DNA of 63,937 bases, counting the filler, from Kipferlia bialata (Eukaryota): NCBI GenBank assembly GCA_003568945.1. It is 8 parts of 8 records of this genome, joined end to end, with 100 filler letters (N's around TTAATTAATTAA, not from the genome) between each part and the next. Parts side by side here need not be neighbours in the genome. Positions count along the whole stretch, not along the records: positions 60,719 to 63,937 come from BDIP01001547.1; 7 more parts are not named here. The stretch is one strand, 5' to 3'. The notes below the pieces were generated by a model that did no database searches, was not told where the DNA came from, and worked only from the letters and a program-made list of their open reading frames with translations. Numbering within the stretch: the first letter of the stretch is position 1; the number at the start of each line of letters is the position of its first letter. Made by a program: the position numbers and the translations under genes. Of the stretch, positions 63,889 through 63,937 are shown in pieces.

Positions 63889-63937
<49 letters not shown>

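Overview
Eukaryotic, very intron-rich draft-genome sequence. It is not one locus: eight unrelated contigs are joined by artificial 100-nt N-TTAATTAATTAA-N linkers, so neighbourhood across linkers is meaningless. The splice signals (GT...CTNAC-(N)CCCCAG, branch point next to the acceptor), (CT)n/(TA)n-rich introns, kelch-repeat genes and anaerobe-type genes suggest a free-living fornicate such as Kipferlia bialata (inference). Most ORF-track entries are spurious or read into introns, so I spliced the genes by hand. Genes recognised: an exon-per-repeat LRR protein, a large low-complexity protein, Rpp21/Rpr2, a Rab GTPase first exon, an inverted paralog pair, Mago nashi, Vps18, an intronless phage/bacterial-type gene with a frameshift, a 7TM-like protein, the DRC11/IQCA1 N-terminus, a 4Fe-4S ferredoxin-domain protein, a membrane-anchored tandem DUF1566 protein, two kelch proteins, a multi-MIB/HERC2 protein, a small secreted Cys-rich protein, BCCIP and an eIF4A-family helicase. 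Two observations stand out. (1) One spliced gene joins, in frame, a protein kinase, eight PBZ-like zinc fingers and a DarT-like ADP-ribosyltransferase domain. (2) Introns in many genes carry ordered, diverging 'echoes' of their exon borders: acceptor plus exon-start copies sit upstream of the real exon, and exon-end plus donor copies sit downstream.
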